Positions 32,080 to 41,868 of a stretch of DNA of 64,000 nt are shown here, one piece after another; positions within the stretch are counted from its first letter, which is position 1; every line of letters begins with the position of its first letter. The stretch lies in IMG/VR virus record IMGVR_UViG_3300027870_000001, positions 22,792-86,791 of that record; one strand, written 5' to 3'. A program made the translations under genes and the position numbers. The notes under the pieces are model-generated. The model was not told where the DNA came from. It was given only the letters and a program-made list of their open reading frames with translations, and searched no databases. This stretch comes from a virus.

Positions 32080-33476
32080 ATGGACGCAACCACCTTCACC
32101 TCCGAAGCCGCCTACCGGGAAGCCGTCGCAGACGAAGCCCCCAGCCCGATCCTCTGGGACGCCACCCCCGGCGTCTGCTGCGCCGCCTACCAGCTCGGCG
32201 CCTGCCCCCACACCGAGGAACTGACCGACGACGACATCGCCCAGATGGAGGCCGAGTGGCGGCGGGACTTCCCCGAGGAGGCCGCAGCCGCCGACGCCTG
32301 GTTCGCCGCCCAGCCCGCCCCCCGCTACGACATCGAGGAGCCGTTCTGATGGATGACATCACGATCCTCGACGCCGCCTGGGCCGAGGCGGAGCGCGACC
32401 TCGACGCCCTCAAGGCCGGTCGCACCGCAGCCCTCAAGGACTTCATGGCCCGCCGCCCGGTGAGCTTCACCCAGCTCGGCACCGATGCTGCGTCGTGCGC
32501 CTGGCGGCTCGGCTACTGGGAGCGCCTGGCCAAGCTGGTCGCCCGCAGCCTGGAGCCGAAGGCCACGACCCACGTTCTCCCCGAGGGGTTCGGTCTGCCG
32601 TACGCCCAAGCGGGGGTCCACGACGGCATGGCCAACGTGACCTGCCCGGTGTGCGGCGAGGTGTTCGTCGGCCACGACCACAAGGAAGCCGGTGCCGCCT
32701 ACGGCGAGCACTTCACCAAGGAAGCGAGCGAAGGACGATGACCGACCTCGTCACCTCCGCCCAGACCAAGGCGCTCCTCGACCGCCTCGTGGCCAAGGGC
32801 TACGAGATCCAGGCTCACGGCATCGTCCGCGGCGCCCGAGAGGTCAGCTTCGGCAGCCGCTCCGACTTCGGGTGCATCAAGGTGTCCCCCAAGTACGGGC
32901 GGATCCTCCGCTGCTACCTCGTCCTCGGTGGCGCCCCTGAGGTGAAGATCAGCGGCGTCGCGAACGTCCGCCGAGCACTCGACGCCCTCCCGACGGTCGA
33001 CGTCCTGGAGCGCACGTGAGCACCCCGTGCTCGGTCGTGGCCTCCACGTCGTGCATCGCCCCGGCGAACTCGACGATGTCCACGAGGGGCCGGTGCTTCG
33101 CCTGCGGTGAGCCGGTGTGCCTCGACCCGTGGTGCTCCCGGATCCGAACCTGGGGGCGATGCGGGCGACGTCGGGTCTGCCGCAACTGCGACGGGCACAA
33201 CGGCCTTCACGCCGACCCCGTCGCGCTCGACGCCTACGACCGCCGGCTCCTCCTCGCTGACCGGAGCCGACGATGAACGGCCCGCCTCCGGTCATGGAAT
33301 GGACCCGAGCCAAGTCGCCGTGGTCGCCGGTCCCGGTCGCTGCGCCCCTCTGGTCCCGGTTCACCGGCGAGGAGCACCAGGCCCTCGCTGAGGGCGGTAC
33401 CGTCCGTCGTGGTGGCACCTCGTGGCGGATCCCCGCCGCCGATCTGCCCTCCCGTCTTCAACTGGCCCTGTTCTGA
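32080..33476 (+). other. Hypothetical CDS 32080-32349, 32349-32741, 32738-33019, 33016-33276 (Cys-rich), 33273-33476
   Basis: Coupled chain. Confidence 0.55.
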
Positions 33477-34129
33477 TGCCGCTCCCCCTGTACCTCGCCA
33501 CCCCATCGAGCGCCCCGGCCCGTGACCTCATGTCGGCCGGTGGCCTCGGCCAGATGGTCACCCCCTACGCCGGGAACGCCCGAGTCCCTGGCGCTCTGTG
33601 GGCGCTCGACAACGGGTGCTTCTCCACCGCCGGCTGGACCCCGGACCGGTGGCTCGCCACCCTCGACAAGCTGTCCGAGGGCCCGATCCAGACCGAGGCC
33701 GACGCCCTGGCCAACGGATGGTGGCAGCCGTGCCTGTTCGCCGTCGTGCCCGACGTCGTCGGTGACGCTGCCGCCACCGACTCGATGTGGGTGCGCTGGT
33801 TCCGGGCCGTGATCCGCAACGGGTTCCGACCCGCCTACGTCGCCCAGGACGGGGCCGGGCCCGGCTGCCTGCCCCCGGCGGCGACCGCCCTGTTCATCGG
33901 CGGATCGACGGAGTGGAAGCTCGGCGTCGAGGCCCGACGGATCGTGGCCGAAGCCCACCGCCGTGGCATGTGGGTCCATATGGGCCGGGTCAACAGCGAG
34001 CGCCGGCTCCGGTACGCCTCCGACATCGGCTGCCACTCGGTCGACGGCACGTTCCTTGCGTTCGGCCCGGACATCAACTTGCCCCGCCTCCAGTCCTGGC
34101 TGAACCCCGCGCAGCCCAGCCTGTGGTGA
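33476..34129 (+). CDS. TGT/DpdA-like (7-deazaguanine transglycosylase-fold) protein
   Basis: WALDNGCF, VPDVVGD, AYVAQDG, FIGGSTEWK, VHMGRVNS, SVDGT resemble TGT-family catalytic motifs. Confidence 0.6.
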   Translation: MPLPLYLATPSSAPARDLMSAGGLGQMVTPYAGNARVPGALWALDNGCFSTAGWTPDRWLATLDKLSEGPIQTEADALANGWWQPCLFAVVPDVVGDAAATDSMWVRWFRAVIRNGFRPAYVAQDGAGPGCLPPAATALFIGGSTEWKLGVEARRIVAEAHRRGMWVHMGRVNSERRLRYASDIGCHSVDGTFLAFGPDINLPRLQSWLNPAQPSLW

Positions 34130-36039
34130 CGGCCTCCCGTCGCCGGGTCGGCCTGTCGAACCCGTCGTGGTGGATCCTCCAGTTCCCGTTCGACCGGGAA
34201 CTGATCGCAGAGGTCCGGTCCATGGGCGCCGTCGCCGTCCCCCGCTCCGACAAGTGGACGCTCCCAGCGAACCCTGGCTACGCGGCCCAGCTTGTCGGGC
34301 TCGGGTTCACCGGGCACGGCCACCCGACGGGCGCGACTCTCGACGAGGTTGCCGCCACAGCGGCCCGGCTGATCGCCCTGTCCTCCGCGTTGGAACCGCC
34401 GCCCGAGTTCGAGGTCCCCGGTCTGACCCGCACCCTCGCCCCCCATCAGGCGGCGGCGGTCGCGTACGTCCAAGAGCAACGCCGGGTGATCGTCGCTGAC
34501 CCGATGGGCGCGGGCAAGACGTTCGAGGGATGGGCAGCGGTCCACGCCTGCGACGCCTACCCGGCGCTGTGGGTGTCCCCGGCGAAGCTCCGCACGAACG
34601 CCGCGGTCGAGGCCCTCGACGCGCTCCCCACCGGCACGAGAGTCGCGGTCGTGCTGCCCCGCTCCACCGAACCAGCGAAGGTCGAACGGGCTCGTGCCCG
34701 CGGCATCCTCCCGATGCTCGGCCGACCCCGGCCCGGCGCCGCCGACGTGTACGTCACCGGGTACCCGCTGTTCCACACCGAGCTGGCCTGGTGGAAGGGC
34801 GTCGGGCTCAAGGGCCTGATCCTCGACGAGTCGCAGCTCTGCAAGTCCAGGGACCGGATCAAGGGCTGCCCGATCTGCCGGGCCCCGATGCGACGAGGCG
34901 GGGTGTGCTCCGGGCCCGGCCGGCACCCGGTCCTCCCCGACCGGCGGATCGACCTGTACGCGGTGCTGTGGACCCGCGCCGCCGACGAGCTCATCGACTC
35001 GATGGGCCCGGACCCGATGATCCTGGAGCTGTCCGGGACCCCGAACAAGAACACGAACGCCGACTGGCCAACCCAGCTCGACCTCATCCGCCGGCTGCAC
35101 CAGTTCGGCGGTGAGCGCAACGTGCTGTTCCGGTACTGCGACCCGATGCGCGTCGCCGGCCGATGGCAGTTCCGGGGCGGCTCGAACTACGCCGAGTTCG
35201 ACCGGCTCAAGCGGGCGACGGGGTACGTGCACCGCACGAGGGAAGCGATCCACCCGAACCTGCCGCCCCTCGTCAGGTCGCCGCTGCTCCTCGACCTCGA
35301 TGACGACCTCCTCGTCGACTACCGGGCAGCCGAACGGGACCTGATCCGGTTCGCCGGCCAACGCGCAGCGAAGCTCGCCGCCGCAGCCGGGGAAGACCCC
35401 GGGTCCGCCTCGTGGGAGGCAAGGTTGCGGGCCGAGGCCGGGTTCCATCTCGTGCGCCTCGGCACCCTCGCCCGCCTCGCCGCCCTGGCGAAGGTCCCAG
35501 CCGCGGTCGAGTGGGTGACCGACTTCCAGGCAGCGAACCCGGAGGCGAAGCTGATCGTGTTCGCCCACCACCGCGACGTCTGCGCCCAGCTCGCCGCAGC
35601 GTTCGACTGTCCGAGGATCGACGGCTCCACGACGGCCGACCCACAGGACATCAAGGACCGGTTCCAGTCGGACCCGTCGATGCTGGTCCTGGTCGTGGGG
35701 ATCACCGCCGGTGGCGTCGGCCTCACCTTGACCGCGGCGCACGACGAGTTGTTCGTCGAGCAGGTCCACACGGCCGGCGATCACGACCAGGCCGAGTCGA
35801 GGGCCTACGCCCGGATGAACGATCCGCATGGGGTGACGGCGACGTACCTGTTGGCGGCGGACACGATGGACGAAGACCAGTGGCTGTCGCTCGCAGCGAA
35901 GCGGGTGACGACCGAGGCGGGCCGCTCGGGCGACCCGGAGGCGATCAGGAAGGCCGAGGAGTTGAAGCGTCTGGGGCCGGCGGCGGTGGCGGGGGATCTC
36001 CTCGTGCAGCTCGCACGGCGGTCGGGGGTCGTGGGCTGA
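34126..36039 (+). CDS. SNF2-family helicase
   Basis: LAPHQ, ADPMGAGKT, LILDESQ, LSGTP, IVFAHH, GGVGLTLT, QAESRAYAR. Confidence 0.88.
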   Translation: MTASRRRVGLSNPSWWILQFPFDRELIAEVRSMGAVAVPRSDKWTLPANPGYAAQLVGLGFTGHGHPTGATLDEVAATAARLIALSSALEPPPEFEVPGLTRTLAPHQAAAVAYVQEQRRVIVADPMGAGKTFEGWAAVHACDAYPALWVSPAKLRTNAAVEALDALPTGTRVAVVLPRSTEPAKVERARARGILPMLGRPRPGAADVYVTGYPLFHTELAWWKGVGLKGLILDESQLCKSRDRIKGCPICRAPMRRGGVCSGPGRHPVLPDRRIDLYAVLWTRAADELIDSMGPDPMILELSGTPNKNTNADWPTQLDLIRRLHQFGGERNVLFRYCDPMRVAGRWQFRGGSNYAEFDRLKRATGYVHRTREAIHPNLPPLVRSPLLLDLDDDLLVDYRAAERDLIRFAGQRAAKLAAAAGEDPGSASWEARLRAEAGFHLVRLGTLARLAALAKVPAAVEWVTDFQAANPEAKLIVFAHHRDVCAQLAAAFDCPRIDGSTTADPQDIKDRFQSDPSMLVLVVGITAGGVGLTLTAAHDELFVEQVHTAGDHDQAESRAYARMNDPHGVTATYLLAADTMDEDQWLSLAAKRVTTEAGRSGDPEAIRKAEELKRLGPAAVAGDLLVQLARRSGVVG

Positions 36040-36151
36040 GGTCCACGGATCGCCCCCCGGATCGTTCTGTGACGCTCTGGTGGCCGGGTCGGGGTCATCT
36101 CTGCCACCGCGAGGGGTGAGGGGCCAGGGGGACGCCGCGACGATCTCCCCG

Positions 36152-36189
36152 ATTGGGGGTTGTGCGACTGTCTCACGTCGTGCTACAGT
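36152..36189 (+). promoter_or_regulatory. Repeat promoter driving putative ncRNA-3; 38-bp exact duplicate of 50347-50384
   Basis: ATTGGGGGTTGTGCGACTGTCTCACGTCGTGCTACAGT. Confidence 0.85.
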
Positions 36190-36196
36190 CAGTTGT

Positions 36197-36638
36197 GAGG
36201 GCAAGCAAGCCACACCGCCCTCCAGCGCACCTTGAGAATCGAGAACCGGGCGAGGGTGAGACGCCCTCCCTGGGAGCCACGAGCTCCTCACCCGGGCGAT
36301 GCGTCGCCTGGGGTAACCCAGCCAGGGATAGGCCAGGATGGAACAACAACACCGGCTCTCGATTCACAACTGCACAGATCGAGGACCCGGCCAACTGGCC
36401 GGCCCGTGGAGGCACCATCCACGTGACCCTGCGACCCTGCCCCTGACGGCTAACGACCACCAGCCACCTGCGAACGGTGGAGGAACCCTGAACGAAGGGC
36501 AGGCGAGGGCACACGGTACGGGTGAGTGAACACGGAGCACGGCCACGAGCCGAACCGAGGTAACCGGGGAGAGACGTCCGAACCGGGGAAGTAGGGGAAG
36601 CCACGAGCCAGCCGGCCAGTTCGCCGGGTCCTCGATCT
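36197..36638 (+). ncRNA. Putative large two-domain structured ncRNA-3 (about 440 nt)
   Basis: 5' hairpin 36197-36222; stem 36236-36249/36352-36365; 27/28-bp stem 36376-36403/36611-36638; GCCACGAGC x3; no credible ORF. Confidence 0.72.
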
Positions 36639-36643
36639 ACGAC

Positions 36644-36669
36644 CTGCCACCGCTCCCGGGCGGTGGCAG
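36644..36669 (+). terminator. Terminator-like hairpin after ncRNA-3
   Basis: CTGCCACCGC/GCGGTGGCAG 10-bp stem. Confidence 0.7.
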
Positions 36670-36684
36670 CTTCGCGCCCCGGCG

Positions 36685-36707
36685 ACTGTCGCCCGTCATG
36701 CTACGGT
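36685..36707 (+). promoter_or_regulatory. Repeat promoter, leaderless start at 36716
   Basis: ACTGTCGCCCGTCATGCTACGGT, 8 nt to ATG. Confidence 0.75.
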
Positions 36708-36715
36708 CGACACCC

Positions 36716-37398
36716 ATGAGCAACCACCCTCGACGCCGAGGCCGGCCCTCCGCCGCAGCCAAGGCCAGCGCCTCCCAACGCACCCACCGCCGCGACCCCG
36801 CCCCCACCGAAACCGGCAGCCGAGGACAGGAAGGCCGACGAGTCGACGTCCTCTACGAAGGCCGCGTCGTCGGCTCCGCGATCCACGTCCCCGACCCGGC
36901 CGGGCTCAGCCCCGGCACCCTCCTCGACTCCAGGATCACCGACCCCGACCTCGCGATCCTCCTCGCCCGCGGCGAGAAGCTCTCCCTCACCGCCGACATC
37001 ACCCCACCCAAGCCCAACGAGGGGAGCTGACGTGCCCGACCCCAACCTCGACCCCGCCTACCACGAGGAACGCGCAGCGAGGCTCCTCACCGACATCGAG
37101 AACGCCTACGACCGGGACGCCATGCTGCGCCCGGAGAAGCGCACCGTCACCTCGGCCTGGGTCAAGACCCGGTCAGCGCGTGCCCAGGCCCACGCCACCC
37201 TGGCCCTGGCGCTCCGTCTTGGCAGCAAGGAGGCGTGACCTCATGCCCAGGACCGATACCGACACCGTGCACCTCGCCTGCCAGTTCTGCGACTACCGGA
37301 TCCAGGCGACGATCGAGTGCGGCAAGCCGCGCATGGCCAAGCACGTCCGACAGCACCACGTCGGCCAGAAGGTGCTCCGCCGGCCGAGGTGCCGGTGA
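36716..37398 (+). other. Hypothetical CDS 36716-37030, 37032-37238, 37243-37398 (C2H2-like)
   Basis: Closely spaced chain; CQFC...HVRQHH. Confidence 0.5.
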
Positions 37399-37838
37399 TG
37401 GGCATCCCGCAGCGGATCCGCCTGGAGCGGCGCGCCGGCTGGCGGATGCCTCCGGGCGCGGTGTCCTGCGCGAGGCCGCACCGGTTCGGCAACCCGTACC
37501 TCCTCGGAGACGTGTCCCGCCGGTTCCCGTCGCTCACCGAGCGGCAGTGCGAAGGGTTCGTCGTCAACGAGTTCAAGGATCTGGTCCGAGCGGACGGCAA
37601 GCCGATCACCGACTCGCTGCCCTCCCTCACCCGAGGCGGGCCCCGCGAACCGCGGACCTGCCAGTACCCGACGATCGACGAGATCCGCGCCGAGCTCGGT
37701 GGGCACGACCTCGGATGCTTCTGCCACGAACGACCCGAGCACGCCTGCCACGTCGACGTGCTGCTCATCGTCGCGAACCCCGACATCTCGTTCCCGTGGG
37801 AGGCGCAGTACGGCGCCCCGTTCCAGTGGGCGGCGTGA
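37398..37838 (+). CDS. DUF4326 family protein
   Basis: PQRIRLERRAGWRMP, RPHRFGNPY, ELGGHDLGCFC, CHVDVLL. Confidence 0.8.
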   Translation: MGIPQRIRLERRAGWRMPPGAVSCARPHRFGNPYLLGDVSRRFPSLTERQCEGFVVNEFKDLVRADGKPITDSLPSLTRGGPREPRTCQYPTIDEIRAELGGHDLGCFCHERPEHACHVDVLLIVANPDISFPWEAQYGAPFQWAA

Positions 37839-38521
37839 TGGCCGACGTCGACTGGCAGTCCAAGGTCGAGGCGCTCCTCACGAAGGCCCGCCGCACCGAC
37901 AACCAGCACGAGGCCGAGGCGTTCATGGCCAAGGCCCAGGAGCTGATGCGCCGGCACGCGATCGACGAGGAGATGCTCGACGCAGCGCGCGGTCACACCG
38001 CGGAGATCGGGTTCACGCACCTCCAGATCGAGCACCCGTACGCCGAAGCGAAGGCGACCCTGCTGACCGCGATCGCCTGGGCGAACTCGTGCCGGGCCGT
38101 CATGGTCGAGTCGCCCGACGGCCGGGGACTGCTCGCGGAGCTGGTCGGCTTCGACACCGACCGCGAGAACGTGATGATCCTGTTCGGGTCGCTGCTGTCG
38201 TACGCGATCGAGCGGCTGATCGCGACGCCGGTGCCGATCTTCGAGCATCCGATAGCGTTCCGGGCCGGGTTCATCCTCGGGTTCGCGAACCGGGTCGGTC
38301 AGCGGTTGGCGGAGGCGGCGCGTCTGGCTCAGGATGAGGCTGCGGCGGCGTCGGGTGTGGAGTTGGTCCTGGTCGACCGGAGCGGCAAGGTCGATGACCT
38401 GATGAAGGATCGGTACCCGGAGGCGGGGACGCATGAGGTGGGGTCGACGTCGCAGGTTGGGGTGGCGTTCGGGCATGACGCGGCGAATGGGTCGCCGTTG
38501 GGGAAGGCCGAGCTGGAATAG
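37838..38521 (+). CDS. DUF2786-domain protein
   Basis: KVEALLTKA...HEAEAFMAKAQELMRRHAI; FRAGFILGF. Confidence 0.8.
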   Translation: MADVDWQSKVEALLTKARRTDNQHEAEAFMAKAQELMRRHAIDEEMLDAARGHTAEIGFTHLQIEHPYAEAKATLLTAIAWANSCRAVMVESPDGRGLLAELVGFDTDRENVMILFGSLLSYAIERLIATPVPIFEHPIAFRAGFILGFANRVGQRLAEAARLAQDEAAAASGVELVLVDRSGKVDDLMKDRYPEAGTHEVGSTSQVGVAFGHDAANGSPLGKAELE

Positions 38522-38533
38522 GGGCTTGTGCCT

Positions 38534-38555
38534 ACTGTCTCGGATCGGCTACAGT
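38534..38555 (+). promoter_or_regulatory. Repeat promoter (leadered, AAGGAG RBS, start 38592)
   Basis: TTGTGC-18-TACAGT. Confidence 0.8.
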
Positions 38556-38591
38556 TGGGGTATCGAAGCAACCACCCACCAAGGAGCCCCC

Positions 38592-40141
38592 ATGGACACC
38601 GACACCGTCACCCTCGAAACCGCCCAGTTCCTCACCGAAACCCTCGTGACCGACACCCTCTGCTGGGAGGTCATCGCCCGCACCCCCAAGACCATGACCA
38701 TCCGCCGTACCATGAACGACCCCAACAGCGGCCCGGTCCGCGACACCCGAGTCGACGGCGGCACCGACCCGCAGGCCATGCCCGTCATGTGGGAGGCCCA
38801 AGTCCCCAACCCCAACGGAGCCGTCGTCACGGTCCGCCTCCGCAAGGACGGCACCTTCCGCACCGGGCGAAGCGCCAACCCGCTCCGCCCCACCGCCAAC
38901 CCGCAGCGTCGCATCGACTACCGGTTCTAAGGGAAGGATGATCACCATGGCCACCCAGACCAGCGACCGGCTCATCCCGGCGCAACCCACCCCGACCGAG
39001 CGACGCGCTCGGGCCACTGCCAACCGGGCAGCCCAAGGCACCCTCGTGGACTGCCCCCCAGCCAAGACCACGACCTGCCCGTTCTGCTCCCGCCCGAAGT
39101 GCCGGTGCGTGGAACGCGGCTGGGACACCCTGCCGCTGTTCGAGCTGGAGGACTGACCGATGACCCGCCGAATCGGTGGCCTGATCGCCGCCTCCACTCT
39201 CCCCCCACCCGAGGCCGAGGCCCCGGAGATCGCACCTGAGCCGCCCGCAGCGCCCGTCCTGCCGCCCCCTCCCCCACCGGCCCCGGTCGGTCCGCCGACC
39301 GTCGGGATGCTGATCATCTGGCCCGACGGCACCCTCGGGTCGGTCGCTCACGCCTCCTGGGTCGAGCCCGGCGAGGTGTACGCCCTGGTCGCCGCCGACC
39401 AGCACGGCGTCATCGGCGCCCATCACCGGCTGATCCAGACCGACGACGTCGAGCTGCTCCGCCTGGCCGACGGCACCGTCGCCGCCCGCTACCTCGGCCT
39501 CCGATGACGTCCATCCCAGTCCGCAAGAAGGGAGCCAAGGCGGAGCTGCTCATGCTGCTCGCCGTACGAGCGGAGGAGTGGGGCGACCAGCTCCACAAGG
39601 GCGTCCCCACGGGAGAACCCGCTACGAGTTGGGGCACCCCCACGATCCACGCCCTCGACACCTGGCCGGTCGACGACCCGTTCCGCATCATCGCGGCCAC
39701 CTACAACCTGTCACCTCGTCAGCTCCAGGCCATCCTCTCCGAGCTGGGCCAGGAACTGGAGAACCGGGCAGAGCGCCTCGGCTATGGCACCCGGCCCGAG
39801 CCCGTCACTCCCGGCCCGCCCCGGACGAGGTACGTCACGTGACCGAGCGCCAGTGGGCGATGACGAAGATCGGGCCCGGGGACTGGGCGTGGCCATCGAA
39901 CGATGGGCTCACCCTGTGGCGGGCGATCAAGGTCGAGGAGCGCGACGGCACCCTGTCGACCGCTGCCGGCAAGGTGATCAACGGTGACTTCTGGACGCTG
40001 CTCCGGTTCCGGCACCCGGCGGGGTCGGTCATGGCAGGCGACTTCGAGTCCCGCTGGGACAACGAGGTGTGGGAGGTGGTCGACTCGATGCTGCCCACGA
40101 GGCAGGCTGCGATCGACGAGTCGATGGGGATCTCGAACTGA
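38592..40141 (+). other. Hypothetical CDS 38592-38930, 38938-39156, 39160-39507, 39504-39842, 39839-40141
   Basis: Closely spaced chain. Confidence 0.55.
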
Positions 40142-40152
40142 CCCTTGTGCGA

Positions 40153-40175
40153 ACCGTCTCACGTCGTGCTACAGT
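40153..40175 (+). promoter_or_regulatory. Repeat promoter, start at 40183 (alternative 40222)
   Basis: ACCGTCTCACGTCGTGCTACAGT, 7 nt to ATG. Confidence 0.8.
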
Positions 40176-40182
40176 GACGGGC

Positions 40183-40746
40183 ATGGACGCACCCGCCACC
40201 CACGGCCCCGAAAGGACCACCATGCGGATCAACCCCGTCACCCCCGAGAGCAAGGCCCAGTACCTCCGCTCCGACCAGAGCCTCGACGCGATCGCCGGCT
40301 ACCTGACGGTCCAGACCATCGCCCCCGACGGCACCCGCCACACCGACAACGGCGAGGTCGTCGTCCTCGGCGTGTTCCCCCACCCGAACGAGTACGGCAA
40401 GGCCATGGACCTGGCCCACCAGCACCGCCACTTCGAGCGCACCCACGACGTCGAGTACGCCATCGTCTACACGGTCAACCGCGACGGGTTCCACCCCGGC
40501 CACTGGGATGGCATCACCCTCCGGTACACCGACGAGCGGCTCCTCACCACGGACCAGTGGGCGGAGATCGAGGACGCGGTCCGCTCCGGGTTCACCAGCC
40601 ACAACGGCGGCGAGGCCGTCACCAGCTTCGGCACCTACCGGTTCGCCTACGAGCTCGACTCCCACGAGGAGACGTGGACCCTCTACAACGAGGACGGCTC
40701 CGTGTTCACCATCGGCGGACACGAGGCCATGAGCTGCACCCAGTAG
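40183..40746 (+). CDS. Hypothetical protein
   Basis: Promoter-defined start; terminator follows. Confidence 0.6.
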   Translation: MDAPATHGPERTTMRINPVTPESKAQYLRSDQSLDAIAGYLTVQTIAPDGTRHTDNGEVVVLGVFPHPNEYGKAMDLAHQHRHFERTHDVEYAIVYTVNRDGFHPGHWDGITLRYTDERLLTTDQWAEIEDAVRSGFTSHNGGEAVTSFGTYRFAYELDSHEETWTLYNEDGSVFTIGGHEAMSCTQ

Positions 40747-40768
40747 CCTCCGGTTGCTGCGAAGCCTT

Positions 40769-40801
40769 CGATGCCCACCCCCGGCCCAGGGGTGGGCATC
40801 G
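40769..40801 (+). terminator. Terminator-like hairpin
   Basis: CGATGCCCACCCC/GGGGTGGGCATCG. Confidence 0.7.
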
Positions 40802-40854
40802 TCGCGCCAAGGCATCCCCCGAGCCGACGCGCAACGACCGATAGCCTCCCGGTC

Positions 40855-41820
40855 ATGGTCAGCATGGCTCTCCCGATCGACGCACCCACCCCCCGCAGCC
40901 GACCCGGTGGTCTGCTGATCGACGCTGTCGACACCCTCGACATCGCCGCCCTGGCCCACCCGGTCCCGAAGATCGACGGCACCTCCGTCCCCCCGGACCC
41001 GGAGAAGTGGCGGCAGGGAATCGAGTTCGTGCCGCTCGGATGCTCCGGTCTGAGCCGCCGCGACGTCGACCTCTGCTCCGACCCCGGAGTCGCGCTCACC
41101 GACGAGGACCACCCGGTGCCGTTCGCACCGAACTCCGTCGAGTTCGGGCCGTTCGGGATCGTCGGCATGGAGAAGTGCGCCGCAGGTCGCCTCACCGAGA
41201 AGTGGCTCACCGACCGGATCCTCGCCCGGTTCGGTGCGTTCGAGTCCGAGCAGATCGCGGCCGAGCTCCTCGGTGTCGACCCGGTCGCCGGGGCCCTGTC
41301 CCCGACGCTCAAGACCTCGGCCACCGTCCTCGACCCCGGCAACACCGGCACCCTGTACCACGCCATCGCGCTGATCGAGGAAGGGCTCGCCGCCCGTCTC
41401 CACGGAGCCGCCGGCATCATCCACGTGACCCCCGCGGCGATGCTGTACCTCCAGGCCGGCGGTGGCCTGATCCGTGACGCCTGGAAGTGGTACACCCCGT
41501 CCGGTCATCAGGTCGTGTTCGACGCCGGGTTCGACGGCACGGTGCCGACCCCGTTCACCTACGACGGAGACGGCGAGGTGATCGTCGACGGGGACGGTGC
41601 CCCGGTCCTCGACGAGGTCGACGAGACGGACATCGACGAGTGGGCGTACGGGTCCGGGCCGGTCGCGCTCAAGCTCGACACCCCCGATCCGGTCGGTCGT
41701 GGTGCGGAGGTCATCGACCGTCGCAAGAACCGGATCGAGGTGTTCCGGGTCGCGACCGGGCTGTTCGTGTTCGAGCCGTGCACGGTGGTCGCCGCCGGGT
41801 TCGCGTACCCGACGACCTGA
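40855..41820 (+). CDS. Major capsid pentamer-like protein (cluster B/Rosebush type)
   Basis: P..GLL, WRQGIEF..C, FGPFGI...C, IALIEEGL, GIIH, TPSGHQVVFDAGF, WAYGSGPV pattern recalled from that family; TAGCCT 7 nt upstream. Confidence 0.6.
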   Translation: MVSMALPIDAPTPRSRPGGLLIDAVDTLDIAALAHPVPKIDGTSVPPDPEKWRQGIEFVPLGCSGLSRRDVDLCSDPGVALTDEDHPVPFAPNSVEFGPFGIVGMEKCAAGRLTEKWLTDRILARFGAFESEQIAAELLGVDPVAGALSPTLKTSATVLDPGNTGTLYHAIALIEEGLAARLHGAAGIIHVTPAAMLYLQAGGGLIRDAWKWYTPSGHQVVFDAGFDGTVPTPFTYDGDGEVIVDGDGAPVLDEVDETDIDEWAYGSGPVALKLDTPDPVGRGAEVIDRRKNRIEVFRVATGLFVFEPCTVVAAGFAYPTT

Positions 41821-41840
41821 CCGGCCGCTCCTGGGGCGTT

Positions 41841-41862
41841 CTGTCGCCCCTGGTGCTACAGT
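41841..41862 (+). promoter_or_regulatory. Repeat promoter, leaderless start at 41869
   Basis: CTGTCGCCCCTGGTGCTACAGT, 6 nt to ATG. Confidence 0.75.
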
Positions 41863-41868
41863 GAGTAG

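Noticed and set aside
36153-36650. Short ORFs on both strands over the large ncRNA region
   Set aside because: Atypical codon usage, starts inside the promoter or without RBS, no coupling to neighbours
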